Source: Strigamia acuminata (taxonomy: Eukaryota). Taken from it: a stretch of 64,000 bases of DNA. The notes beneath the pieces were generated by a model. It saw nothing but the letters and a program-made list of their open reading frames with translations, had not been told where the DNA came from and made no database searches. The stretch is taken from positions 7,626,001 to 7,690,000 of the forward strand of contig OX442314.1 in the NCBI GenBank assembly GCA_949358305.1. Reading direction: 5' to 3'. Below are positions 22,301 through 31,643 of this stretch, in pieces. Numbering within the stretch: the first letter of the stretch is position 1; every line of letters starts with the position of its first letter. A program made the position numbers and the translations under genes.

Positions 22301-23410
22301 CCCGAGTTGTACGCCGTCGCTAGACCTTCAGCAGAGAAAATCGTTGAATGTATCTACGACGTGGCGTTACGTTACGGATTTCCACGTAAAATAATATCCG
22401 ATAACGGGCCCCAATTTATCTCGAAAATTTGGGGTAAGTTTTGTGAGAAATTCGGGATTGTGGCGTCACATACTTCGACCTACAACCCCAGAACAAATCC
22501 CGTTGAGCGACTCAACAGGGACATTAAATATGCATTAAGTATATTCACTGACATCCACAATAGGTGGGATGAATACTTGAGGGAGATCGCGTTCAGCATA
22601 CGAACAACAGTCTCGAGGACGAGAGATTTTTCTCCGGCCTACCTCAACTTCGCCCGAGAGCTACGAGTGCCTTGGGACCCACGAGTGGCAGAGTCGGTAA
22701 ATGTGGTGGACCCAGAGAAACCACATGAGTATGTGTATAAATTGGAGCAAACAATTTCGAGCACATACAAACATATGATGGCGCACATTTTTAACATGCG
22801 CGACCGCATTTTACAAGATAAAAGCGGTGGAAAATTCGTGAATTTCGAGATCAATGATTTGGTGTGGAAAGATGCACACACCCTCTCAAATGCAGCGAGA
22901 GGAATCACCGCCAGCTTGGCCGACAGGAGAGATGGTCCGTATGTGATCATCGGCAAGCATGGCGGTAACGCGTATAAATTACGCAAGCTCGAGGACAACA
23001 CCGAGCATAAGTCGATACAAGTACGAGAGTTAACTCCGTACATTCCGGAATTCCCGCAAGAAATGTGGGCCAAAGGCCAAGTCAAGTCTAAAACTGACGG
23101 CCAAATCGTCGATATGTTCGCTGGCGAGTCGGAAAAAGCACCGCCAAGTGACAACGAGGAGTATTTCGACGCCCCTTCACCTCCGGTAAACGAGATAGTT
23201 GAATCCGTTCCGGATCCAATTTTGGTCGGGGGGGAAACAGGAGAAACTCCTGAAACAAACACAAAAAACACGGATAAAAAAGAAAGCAATAATGAGGAGG
23301 TACAGACACAAAAAACAACAAAAAACGTCGTACCTGTCTCGACTCATCACCTGCGGCCTCGTAGAAGTAATCCATTTATAAAAGATGGAAAGGTCGTAGG
23401 AAAAGAGTAG
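19277..23410 (+). CDS. pol: Pol polyprotein PR-RT-RNase H-IN (reached by -1 frameshift)
   Basis: LLDSGA, YLDD, TDAS, HHCC (H..H..CQRC), DDE core and GPY motif; gypsy domain order. Confidence 0.96.
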   Translation, partial: RVKKRVSAGGEEITSRPSAPFMKKKGFNKGFDKPPPVKEMGSDIANAQIQDRANNALQVITANTEAEAEEPNLLLEELPQVVEDTEEFRVFMCNVAVEYTNRLCMLPMTIEREKIMGLLDSGADRSFVSEDIVASLGLTDKIKGVNKNIRLKTANGMARPKGVILLTMEWLGGVEQHPFLVLPTCDRIFLLGLDLMASMEIQPNPITKSWNYIRNDKERPAIVVPPALVKEAADKTQWEKGLKKFVQDYDFKAFVTELQRDNVVETLVADAALELNEAAALRRVLLKYEGILSKKPGRTNRAIHEIKLTDNKPIRVAYKGMNPQKREIVQKMCQEMLDSGIVSEAQGEYATRVVLVMRPGSDPRLCIDYRPLNAVTEIDPIQIPSIESILRELSPFSWVTTMDLSKGYWQVEMRPEDKIKTAFYSPIGRLMFNVMPFGLVNAPSTFQRLIESVLGDILHQFVWAYLDDIVIASKTFEEHIEHIGQVLTRLAKAGLHVHPGKSKFCRKELAFLGYRIGVNGLAIGPEKIDAINRFPPPEDVKGVQRFMGMINFFGRLLPGLAEVAAPVTDLLKNENEFVWSNECNIAFNAIKRMLTEVGVMPLPDLNRPFILHTDASRVGLGAALLQTHVRDGVEQDLPCMFISRKLQGAEKNYNATELECLAVVWAIRKFRDYLEYTKFVVHTDHQALQWLMKLKEPAGRLARWQLELMACDLTIQYKPGKYNVVADALSRAPVSDPIDADDDGEDDSRIIYCPTSCHRWDLRKMNEIPTASPADVKFCGFWTRLYQPAADNYPNAKKEFKLERRINDPLLSAFHAHVGKQMKSNPPTREEIIVQQKLDKKCQDRARFVLTGKYPPNLTRRQKRRYAHESIDYLLDDGLLVKHHPNHQDDLSESDTAVKVVIPASLIGRVLWLLHGHPLASHAGVSRTLYRATQLFHWTGMKKDIALFVHQCQRCQACKPRRKSPFETIFLGPYAPFDCLSVDVMGPKPVTGNKNAYIIVIMDVATRWPELYAVARPSAEKIVECIYDVALRYGFPRKIISDNGPQFISKIWGKFCEKFGIVASHTSTYNPRTNPVERLNRDIKYALSIFTDIHNRWDEYLREIAFSIRTTVSRTRDFSPAYLNFARELRVPWDPRVAESVNVVDPEKPHEYVYKLEQTISSTYKHMMAHIFNMRDRILQDKSGGKFVNFEINDLVWKDAHTLSNAARGITASLADRRDGPYVIIGKHGGNAYKLRKLEDNTEHKSIQVRELTPYIPEFPQEMWAKGQVKSKTDGQIVDMFAGESEKAPPSDNEEYFDAPSPPVNEIVESVPDPILVGGETGETPETNTKNTDKKESNNEEVQTQKTTKNVVPVSTHHLRPRRSNPFIKDGKVVGKE

Positions 23411-23884
23411 AAAACGTTACGAGTCGATGGCGACGCTGAAAAACAAAAAAATTGATCGATCGACAGCGCTAGCCATCAAAATCCGAGACTCGAAAAAATT
23501 TCGCTAAGTCCAACAAGCGATATCGGTCGAATTCACGTCACAAGATGGCGTGGAAACGCGGGACCCGTAGCAAAATTATCGGCACGGGTCGGATACCGCG
23601 TGCAAAAGACCCCGTAGCAGCAATCGCGCACGGGAGTGAAAACAAAGGAGACCCGTAGCGTAACATGCGCACGGGTAGGTGCGCACTAGTCTCAAACACC
23701 CGGGTTCTGGAGTATATTACCCAGAATCCATCGCGATTACCTCGTGTTCACACGGACTTCCGCTTTTCACAGCTGATCGCTGCGTCCGTGCGTGATCCTC
23801 GTTTTTAACATTTTTACCGAGTTTTGAGATAGTTATATCATCCTTTTTCAATCGTGATTGAGCTTTTTGTGCGCGCTCCTCGCC

Positions 23885-23995
23885 ATGGACGAGGAAGAAA
23901 ACGACGTGCTGGCCATCGAGCACGAGGACGAGAATTGGGACCACGATGTAAACCAAGTCTCACCCGATCAGGTAGAAGTCAGCATCGGCACATGA
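23885..23995 (+). CDS. Small acidic ORF (36 aa) or first exon of ORF3
   Basis: MDEEENDVLAIEHEDENWDHDVNQVSPDQVEVSIGT; homologous to A2 35221-35361; CAG|GTAGAA at 23971/2. Confidence 0.5.
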   Translation: MDEEENDVLAIEHEDENWDHDVNQVSPDQVEVSIGT

Positions 23996-24817
23996 GAATT
24001 AGTTCCGTGCTGCTGAAGAAGAAAGTTTGTTTGACTAATACCTGACATGAGTGCTTTGCACTCACAATAGCGTATAATTAATTATTAACCGCGATCGCTC
24101 ACACGATCGTATTTTTTTCCTTGTTAATTTGTTTTCGGGGTGCGAGCGCAGACTTCACGTCGCCTCGCGTCTCGAAAATTCCTCATGACTTGAGTCACGA
24201 GCGAGACAATGGGCTCGAGCCATAAATAATTTTATGACAAGGGGAGAATATTCTGTAAAAGAATATTTTTCTCCACAAGTAATTTGACGCATCAAATTGA
24301 TGCAACTTAACATTCGTACGATGAATTTTTCGATGTGTTAGATAAATTTAATTTGACTTTAACTTCTTTTAAAAAATTAGACAAAGTCCGACTTCGGAAT
24401 AATTCTTTATTAGGTTTAATTATTTAATAAAATTTCGACAAGCACATTTATTGTGCAATTTTAGTAATAATTTACACCCGACGAATTCTTTTTACGAATG
24501 ACTGATAATTATTAATTTAATTATTAGTAATGTTCTAATTAACGTTAGAATTAATTTAAAGTAAAATCTGATGATAAAAATCCGGATTAAAGGCTCGATT
24601 CCGTCTCGCTGTGCGTTTCGGACATGAGACAGATTTTTATGTGATGACTTCTCTTTTTCTATCCGACGAGGGACAATTCGTCCTACGTTCGCACCGATAG
24701 ACAGGAATCGGTCTCGACGGACGGCTGCACGTATCGGCAACGTCCCTCGAAACCAACCATTTATCTACGTATTTAATATTAACTTTTTATTAATTGTTTA
24801 TTTCTCCATCCTTCCAG

Positions 24818-27583
24818 ATGGCATTACGTAGAACATGGGGACCATTAGACCCCGCTTGCATCGCTCGTGGCGGGATATTTCGAGGCGCGCTGCCCGAATT
24901 TTACCGACGATGTTTCGGCGAGGACGCCGACCCTTGGCGCCTGCGAATACTACATTCCCGATGCATCGCCCGACGTTGGGTACGAGACTGCACGCTCCTG
25001 GATACGTTCCCGGAAGGGATGCGCGAAGGCATCGCCACAGAGTTAGCTCGTGACGACGACCCGAAATCGCCAATTTTCCACCCCGGATTGTCAAGTCAGT
25101 ACACTGGCAACCCGGCGGAGGAACACGTGCTGCATGCGTGGCGAGCAGCCGAGACAGAAGAGGCCCGTGAGGCCATCTATCAGCAGTATAGGCAACAGCT
25201 GGTGGATACCGCTGCGGCAGTGGCCGAGCGCATCCTCCAAAACGAGGGGATGACCGCGGATGATATCCATCTGTGGTTTGAGAGACTGCGATTGGGGGAG
25301 AGTACGCCCCAGTGGAGACCTCGGATGGGAATTTTAACGTCCCAAGCCGAGATGTGGCAGCTCCACCACCTGGGGATTTTGGGGCCCAAGAGCAGCTACC
25401 CGCGGAAGCGCAAGCGCTCCAAAGGCGCCGGGAACAGCCAGTCGCGTTCCCCGGCGACAACCAAGAAGCAACGTGTCACTCAAAACACGACTGAAGGCAA
25501 CGAAGCTGGGCCATCCACTAGTACGGTGCGTGACCCTTCGCAGTATTCCCGACCGCGAATTTTCGTAAACCGTCAGATTAAAGACGGTAAGGAGTGCAAG
25601 GAGGTTTGGATGTCTGGTGACGAAGAGCGAGTCTCTCGTCCCAGCACTTCTAGACGTCCGCTGACTCATCGCGAGCAGCGGAAAAGAGATCGCAAAGAGC
25701 GATACTTTGCGAGGTGCGAAGCTCGGGGCCGTCCCATCCCCGAACCCGCCTACATCTCCAAGAGAGCGGGTCGACGAAGTGGTAGCCAGTCAGGTGAGCG
25801 AAACGTCCCAGCGGCAGATACGCGGGACCTTCGCGAGATTCTGACTCAGATGAAGCGGACGAAACTGACACGTTTCGATCCCGCGATGAAACACGCCAGG
25901 AAGATGGGTGTTGTCACCGACGGGAAGGTGACCCCACACGAGGTGGCAAGGTGGCTCGCAGACTACATAAATTCGCGACCACGACCCGATGGCATGCCAA
26001 CCGCCATCGTGCAGCCTTCGAGCTCCGAACAACATCTCCCGGCGCCCCAAGTCGCAATGACTGGAGTGCAGACGACGGAGACGCCACCACCGCCGGCGCA
26101 GCCACCACCACCGCTGCCGACGCCAACGCTGCCGACCAAGACGCAGCCGCCTCCGGACCTGCCGCCACCGTCGTTGTTGAATTCGAGCGATCCGCCGGAC
26201 TTACCCACCGACCGCTCAGTCCCTCTCCCCGTTGGACAGAGCATTATGCAGGAATGTCGAGCCAATTTGACCGACATTTGCAGGCCGAGCCGACCCCGAC
26301 CCGGTTCCTCGGCCCTGTTCTTCGAGAGGCGAGACGAAGAAGCGCGACTCGCGAGAGAAGCCGCCAACCCGACTATCTCCGAGCTCTCCGCGTTTCGCTT
26401 CGTGATGGAAGACCCAAGAGTCTCCGCGCCCGCCTTGCGAGGTGTGGATCAAACACAGCGATATTTTATCGAATGGGCAATCGCGATGATGAGTAAGCTC
26501 TCGCGTGCCTTCACTGCGGATTCAGAGCGATCGAATCCAGTGAATCGTCGCAGCCTACAGCTATCATTGACCAAGGTCATGATGCAGCTGCTAACCCCAG
26601 CACTCTTCGGAGAAGGGCGTCAGGCGATGGCCGCATGGTCTGTCGTGGACAGAGAGGGTGTACAGGTTCCCCGTGCACTCCTCGCAGAGTGGAGCTCCAT
26701 TCTGCCCGACCCTGTGTTGACTCGCTACGAGCTAACCAGGGATGTGGTAAACCCAGAATTTGAAGGGTACAAGTTGCGAAGCACGGCGTTTCGTTACACC
26801 TCCGCCACCTGGACAGCGGCGCCTACCCAACAACTGCGCGCCTTGACCATCCAGACGGAAGAATCGGCAGAGGATGTAGACATGGTGATCTCGCCGACGA
26901 GCGGAGTTCCGATTCCGCCACCGATGCCTGCGGAGATATCCCCGCAAGGACCCGCCCTGTTCGAAGTGGCGGGTAAACCAAAGCGCTTGCTGTGCCGAAC
27001 GCCGCCCGTCAGGTCCGTCGAGCAAACGAAGCCGACACCGCCCGGGACCCCACCGGCCCGAGCGGCGACAACAACGCCAGCAGCGATTCCCGCGACCACC
27101 CAGAAGCCGAAGCCGGCACCGCCTCCACCAGACTATTATGGGCGGATCATCGACGAGTTTCCCCATCTTTCGATGACGACGGCGACCAGGAGGTTTATCC
27201 TCGCGCAGCGGGACAAAGGCAAATCGGTCTTCATCTGGCTTCACAACCAGATCCGGAAGACTAAAGACCTCATCTTCCACCAGAGGTTGCTGAGAGCCCA
27301 CCGTGCGCCAGTGACGCCAGCGGAAGCCAATGCCATCCGGCATACGAACACCGGCTTCTCCGCCTACATCCCGAGCGTTTGGTTGCACGAGAGGACGCGT
27401 GCCCCGCATGAGCCAGTTGACGGCCATGCATTATGTTTCATTACGGAGCATGAGGACCCCCGTGATCGGTCCTCGGCGCTAGTAGGCGATCTACCCGCGC
27501 CACCCGGCACTCAACCGCCTGTCCCTGGAGTGAGTTACGCCCAGGTGACGGACTCAGTGTCGGGTCCCCCAGAAAAGAAGTGA
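24818..27583 (+). CDS. ORF3 of family A (921 aa), unknown function, non-Env
   Basis: Long open frame between pol and PPT; homologue intact in A2; NLS-like RKRKRSK; Pro-rich linkers; no hydrophobic segments seen. Confidence 0.88.
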   Translation: MALRRTWGPLDPACIARGGIFRGALPEFYRRCFGEDADPWRLRILHSRCIARRWVRDCTLLDTFPEGMREGIATELARDDDPKSPIFHPGLSSQYTGNPAEEHVLHAWRAAETEEAREAIYQQYRQQLVDTAAAVAERILQNEGMTADDIHLWFERLRLGESTPQWRPRMGILTSQAEMWQLHHLGILGPKSSYPRKRKRSKGAGNSQSRSPATTKKQRVTQNTTEGNEAGPSTSTVRDPSQYSRPRIFVNRQIKDGKECKEVWMSGDEERVSRPSTSRRPLTHREQRKRDRKERYFARCEARGRPIPEPAYISKRAGRRSGSQSGERNVPAADTRDLREILTQMKRTKLTRFDPAMKHARKMGVVTDGKVTPHEVARWLADYINSRPRPDGMPTAIVQPSSSEQHLPAPQVAMTGVQTTETPPPPAQPPPPLPTPTLPTKTQPPPDLPPPSLLNSSDPPDLPTDRSVPLPVGQSIMQECRANLTDICRPSRPRPGSSALFFERRDEEARLAREAANPTISELSAFRFVMEDPRVSAPALRGVDQTQRYFIEWAIAMMSKLSRAFTADSERSNPVNRRSLQLSLTKVMMQLLTPALFGEGRQAMAAWSVVDREGVQVPRALLAEWSSILPDPVLTRYELTRDVVNPEFEGYKLRSTAFRYTSATWTAAPTQQLRALTIQTEESAEDVDMVISPTSGVPIPPPMPAEISPQGPALFEVAGKPKRLLCRTPPVRSVEQTKPTPPGTPPARAATTTPAAIPATTQKPKPAPPPPDYYGRIIDEFPHLSMTTATRRFILAQRDKGKSVFIWLHNQIRKTKDLIFHQRLLRAHRAPVTPAEANAIRHTNTGFSAYIPSVWLHERTRAPHEPVDGHALCFITEHEDPRDRSSALVGDLPAPPGTQPPVPGVSYAQVTDSVSGPPEKK

Positions 27584-27608
27584 TCGCTCAGCCCCACGGT
27601 CTGAGCTC

Positions 27609-27619
27609 GGAGGGGGAAG
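27609..27619 (+). other. Polypurine tract of A1
   Basis: GGAGGGGGAAG immediately before the 3' LTR. Confidence 0.88.
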
Positions 27620-28636
27620 TGTGGTGACCCGACTGGACCGGGGTCAACGAAGAGTTTCTCTCGTGACCTCGTTTCGGGTGTAAGGGGAGCCGCAAGCGCG
27701 TCTCCCTTCCCTCAGTGCATTGACATCTAGTCAATGGACAGGCGTCTGCCCTGAGGGAGTGGGGATGGCTCGTCCACCCCACCATTGGGTGATTCCGGTC
27801 ACCTGTCAACCCCGCTTTGTGCAAAGGAATGTGCCTTGCACTGAGCGGGCAGAACCAACACAACCATCAAACGAGAAACACACGTAAAATCCGTCGTCCT
27901 ACAAGATCAGGCCCAAGTAAATATACTGGGATTGACCGAGGACAAAGGACAATTTACCGTGAGTACGTTTGGTCAGTGTCAAACTCCGCAGAGTAACCTG
28001 CGAGATAAGATTACCACACTATTTTAGCACACCAGCTAGAAATAGTAAAAACCACTCCAGTTTAGCGAGTTGTGCAGACAAACGGTCGCACAAGCCTAAA
28101 CTGCAGTAAAACAACGACGAGTGTTCCCGCCGCTGTGTGACCGCCGGGAGCCAGAAGAGTCCGCCGCTGTGTGATCGCCGGACACCACACAAAAACCTAG
28201 ACAACAGACCGAAGTAAGCCTTTTAACTAAGCATTCACTCGCGCCTGACCAGCGTGAGCCCGAAGGACCAGCCAGAGACGAGCCGAGGACGCCATATTGC
28301 CACGCCGGCCCAAGACGACATCGCGTTGCCACAACGAGGACGCCATCTTGGACGCGAACGAGACAACAGACGACCTCGCCGATTCCAGCCAGCTTTCATC
28401 TTACCTTTACCTTTCCATTTCCCATCACCTATTCCGATTTACCTTTTACTTACCTTTCATATATATATATAAGATATATCTGTACATTGTCCCACAGAAT
28501 AAATCTATATTATATTTTACCTTTTATATCTGTGTAATCATTTCTTTGGGTAAACCGCTTGAGACAAAGCGGTAGTGAGTTAGTCGAATTAAGTAATCAA
28601 CCCACGAGTCAGCGAGAGCGAAGTAGGGGCGCGACA
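27620..28636 (+). repeat. A1 3' LTR
   Basis: Direct repeat of 15144-16160. Confidence 0.96.
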
Positions 28637-29369
28637 AGCCCTTGTGAAATCACCCAGAATAATCGCCCAGACGATTATTCGCCGAAGTAAGTGTCCGAGT
28701 GCTTTGTAGGGAACCCCAAAGTTCCTAGACGAGGCCTCTGCGACGCTAAACCAAACCCTAGACAATAGGCACGGATAGAAGACTCGAAAGAGCATTCCAC
28801 CGCGTCCGTGAAGACGAATCCGTGACGAATTAACGACAACTCAAGACGCCGCCTTTGTTCCGCCGACCACGCGGAACCGACGACGCCATCTTGAGAAATC
28901 CTTTGTTCGACGCTGACCACGTCGACTCTAGAATTATTACTGAGTGTATTTTAAGGCCTTCAAGCCTATTGAATAAATTACTTGTTCATTTCAATACATT
29001 TGGTATTCATTTGGGTATTTGCATAATTGATCACAGGTAAAGTATTACACGTTAGCGCTATTTAAACCTATACCAAGTAGGACGCGACATTTTAAATCTC
29101 CCAGCCTCTGCCTTGGCCGCATTGCATCGGATAAGATCGTGCGAGATTGTGCGGGCGATTCAAGCTATAATTGGCATTGCCATGAACCGCTGGTACACCT
29201 ATGGCCAAAAAAATCTTCACATGCACTCACGCTGCTTCAGCTCTAAATGAGCAGTTCAATTTTCCGCCACTGGCGGCCAGAGCAGTCTACTTTTCCTGGG
29301 GGCAACTGCAGGTTTAAATGCAACTAACACTTAGATTTTTAGTGAACTTAAAGGAAATTTAGTCAGGTC

Positions 29370-29660
29370 ATTTTACCACGTTTTTGCACATATTTTAACA
29401 CGTTTTTGCACACATTTTAACGTTTTTGCACACATTTTGCCACGTTTTTGCACACATTTCGCCACGTTTTGGCACATATTTTTCCAAGTTTTTGCACACA
29501 TTTTACCACGTTTTTGCACACATTTTGCCACGTTTTGGCACACATTTTACCATGTTTTTGCACACATTGTGCCACGTTTTGGCACACATTGTGCCAAGTT
29601 TTTGCACACATTGTGCCGTTCTTGCACACACATTTTACCAAGTTTTTGCAGCCATTTACC
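29370..29660 (+). repeat. 22-bp minisatellite (CACACATTTTGCCACGTTTTTG)n in the left TIR
   Basis: Tandem units, mirrored at 47720-47992. Confidence 0.9.
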
Positions 29661-29933
29661 ATGTTTTTTTTCGTTGCCAGTCAGTTCTTGACAATCATTT
29701 CGTCGCCGCTCACTTTGTCGGCGATTCACGTTCGTCATCGATCCAGTTTATTTATTTTATCATTTTATTATTTTATTATTATTTTATTTTAAACGTGGGC
29801 AATGAAATTTTTGAACTCTATTATGATGTAGACAGTTATTTCTTTTTTCCAGATTTTATTGGTTTATTTCCACAAAAAAAAAGTTGTAAGCAAAATTTGA
29901 AATGTAAACAAACAAATTTGAAAAAATAATAAA

Positions 29934-30607
29934 TTAATATTTACACCAGTGCCCATTTTTTGCAACAATCCTTGGCATTGATGAAATTAAATTCCTAAAC
30001 AGAATATTGTCTCTGTTTAGGTTCTCCCAAATCTCTTCAATTTGAGTCCACAGCTCATCAGCATTTCTTGGAATGTTCTAAAAGATGAATTAAAAATAAA
30101 TAAAAAAATGTTACATTCCAAAATAAAATTTTTATGAACAAACTTTGTGTTGCAGCCGATATTTTAAAACCGACCACACATTTTCGATTGGGCTCATGTC
30201 AGCTCTTTTTGGAGGCCAATCAAGTATGCCCACTGGCATGTTGTTTTGCAGCCAGTTCTGTGTATGGTGAGAAGTGTGGGGCGTTGCTAGGTCGTGCTGG
30301 AATATCCAGTCTCTTCCATTAAACAGGTGGTCTGCACTTGGTAGTGCCGTTGTTTCCAGTACATTTGTGTATTTTTGAGAATTTAATCTTCCTTCAATAC
30401 GACTAATGTGTCCAAGGCCATTTCGGGACATACAGCCCCACATATTCACCGAAAATCTTCCACTTTTTTTCTGGAAAAAATGGATATTTAAAAATATTTC
30501 CTCAATATTTTTATTTAATCAATGCTTCACCTTGGGGTGTAGGAAATCTGGGTGGTAGGCGGCACCTGATGGTCTCCATACCCAAACAGTGCCATTTCCG
30601 CCCACTT
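29934..30607 (-). pseudogene. Tc1-like DDE transposase, C-terminal part with two introns (30471-30530, 30078-30143)
   Basis: VWVWRPSG..HPK|KKSGRFSVNMWGCMS..WIFQHD..WPPKRADMSPIENVW..HK|NIPRNADELW..SMPR..GHWCKY*; first catalytic D (FIDE) lies beyond A2 at ~45850-45865 with frameshifts. Confidence 0.85.
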
Positions 30608-31604
30608 TGTCGCGCTCAACTCTGTCTGTCGCTAACTCGTGGTATGAGTCACTTACTAATTTCGTAACACCGCTTTACTCAAGCGGTTACCCAAAAGAAT
30701 GTAACACGGCAAACAATATAAAAGGGTAAATATAATAAATGTATTTATTATACGGGAATGTACAGGTAAAAGGTATAAAATATGTAAAGGAATAAGGGTA
30801 AAAGGTAAGGTGTGTGAAGTTGGCGGGAAACTGGTCGAGGTCGTCCTTTGTTGGCGCTCTGGATCCAAGATGGCGTCCGCGTGGCAACGTGGTGTCGTCT
30901 TGGGCCGGCGTGGCAATGAATGGCGTCCTCGTCTCACGTTTCTCGTTCGGTCCTTCGGGCTCACGCTGGTCGGGCGCGAGTGAATGCCTAAAAGGTCTTA
31001 CTTCTGGTCTGTTGTCTAGGTTTAGGGTTTTGTTTAGGTGTCCGGCGATCACACAGCGGCGGACGCTTGGTGGTTCCCGGCGATACACACAGCGGCGGGA
31101 ACGCTCGTCGTGGTTACTGCAATTTAGGCTTGTGCGACCGTTTGTCTGCACAACTCGCTAAATTGGAGTAGGGTTACTATTTCTAGCTGGCTTGCTAAAA
31201 TAGTGTGGTAATCTTGTTTCGCAGGTTACTCTGCGGAGGTTAACACAAATCAATCGTACTCACGTTGGAAGTCCCTTGTCCTAGGTCACTCCTGAAGTCT
31301 TTGTACTTAGGCTTGATCGTTTTAGGACGTTTGGCTTTTACGTGTATCTTGGTTGATTTTTGTGTTGGTTCTGCCCGCTCAGTGCAAGGCGAATTCCTTT
31401 GCACAAAGCGGGGGGTGACAGGTGACTAAAGCCACCCAATAGTGGAGAAGACGAATCTCCCCCACTCCCCCAGGGCAGACGCCCGTCCATTGACTGGATG
31501 TCAATGCTCTGAGGGAAGGGAGGCGCGCGTGCGACTCCCTTTCTTTACCCGTATGTAGGCCACGGGAGAAACTCTTCGTGCCCCACCCCAGTCGGGTCAC
31601 CACA
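30608..31604 (-). repeat. A2 3' LTR
   Basis: Direct repeat of 44836-45832. Confidence 0.95.
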
Positions 31605-31643
31605 CGTCCCCCTCCCAGCTCTGACCGCTGGTGTTCGGAGCGA

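Larger units (their letters stand above)
15144..28636 (+). mobile_element. Full-length Ty3/gypsy LTR retrotransposon, family A copy A1 (13.5 kb; gag-pol-ORF3), apparently intact
   Basis: Two 1017-bp LTRs with no difference noticed; AGCC TSD (15140-43, 28637-40); PBS, PPT and three uninterrupted ORFs. Confidence 0.97.
14771..29089 (+). mobile_element. Family-C solo LTR (~820 bp, related to family A), split by A1 into 14771-15143 and 28641-29089
   Basis: Starts TGTGGTGACCC and ends AAGTAGGACGCGACA, resembling family-A termini; TTTT TSD at 14767-70 and 29090-93. Confidence 0.8.

Noticed and set aside
23562..23676. Repeat-spacer-like hairpins as a mini-CRISPR
   Set aside because: Only three units, variable sequence lies inside the loops and there are no cas genes; kept as a structural finding instead.
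16357..27427. Many antisense and alternate-frame ORFs overlapping gag, pol and ORF3
   Set aside because: Shadow frames of GC-rich coding sequence with no independent support.
24818..27583. Calling ORF3 env
   Set aside because: Position fits, but there is no signal peptide, TM helix or F-protein-like Cys pattern. The same applies to 31644-34490 and 53301-54821.
29417..29929. Repetitive H/F/C/K-rich ORFs (also 13425-13712, 45877-46327, 47648-47999)
   Set aside because: Translations of minisatellites.
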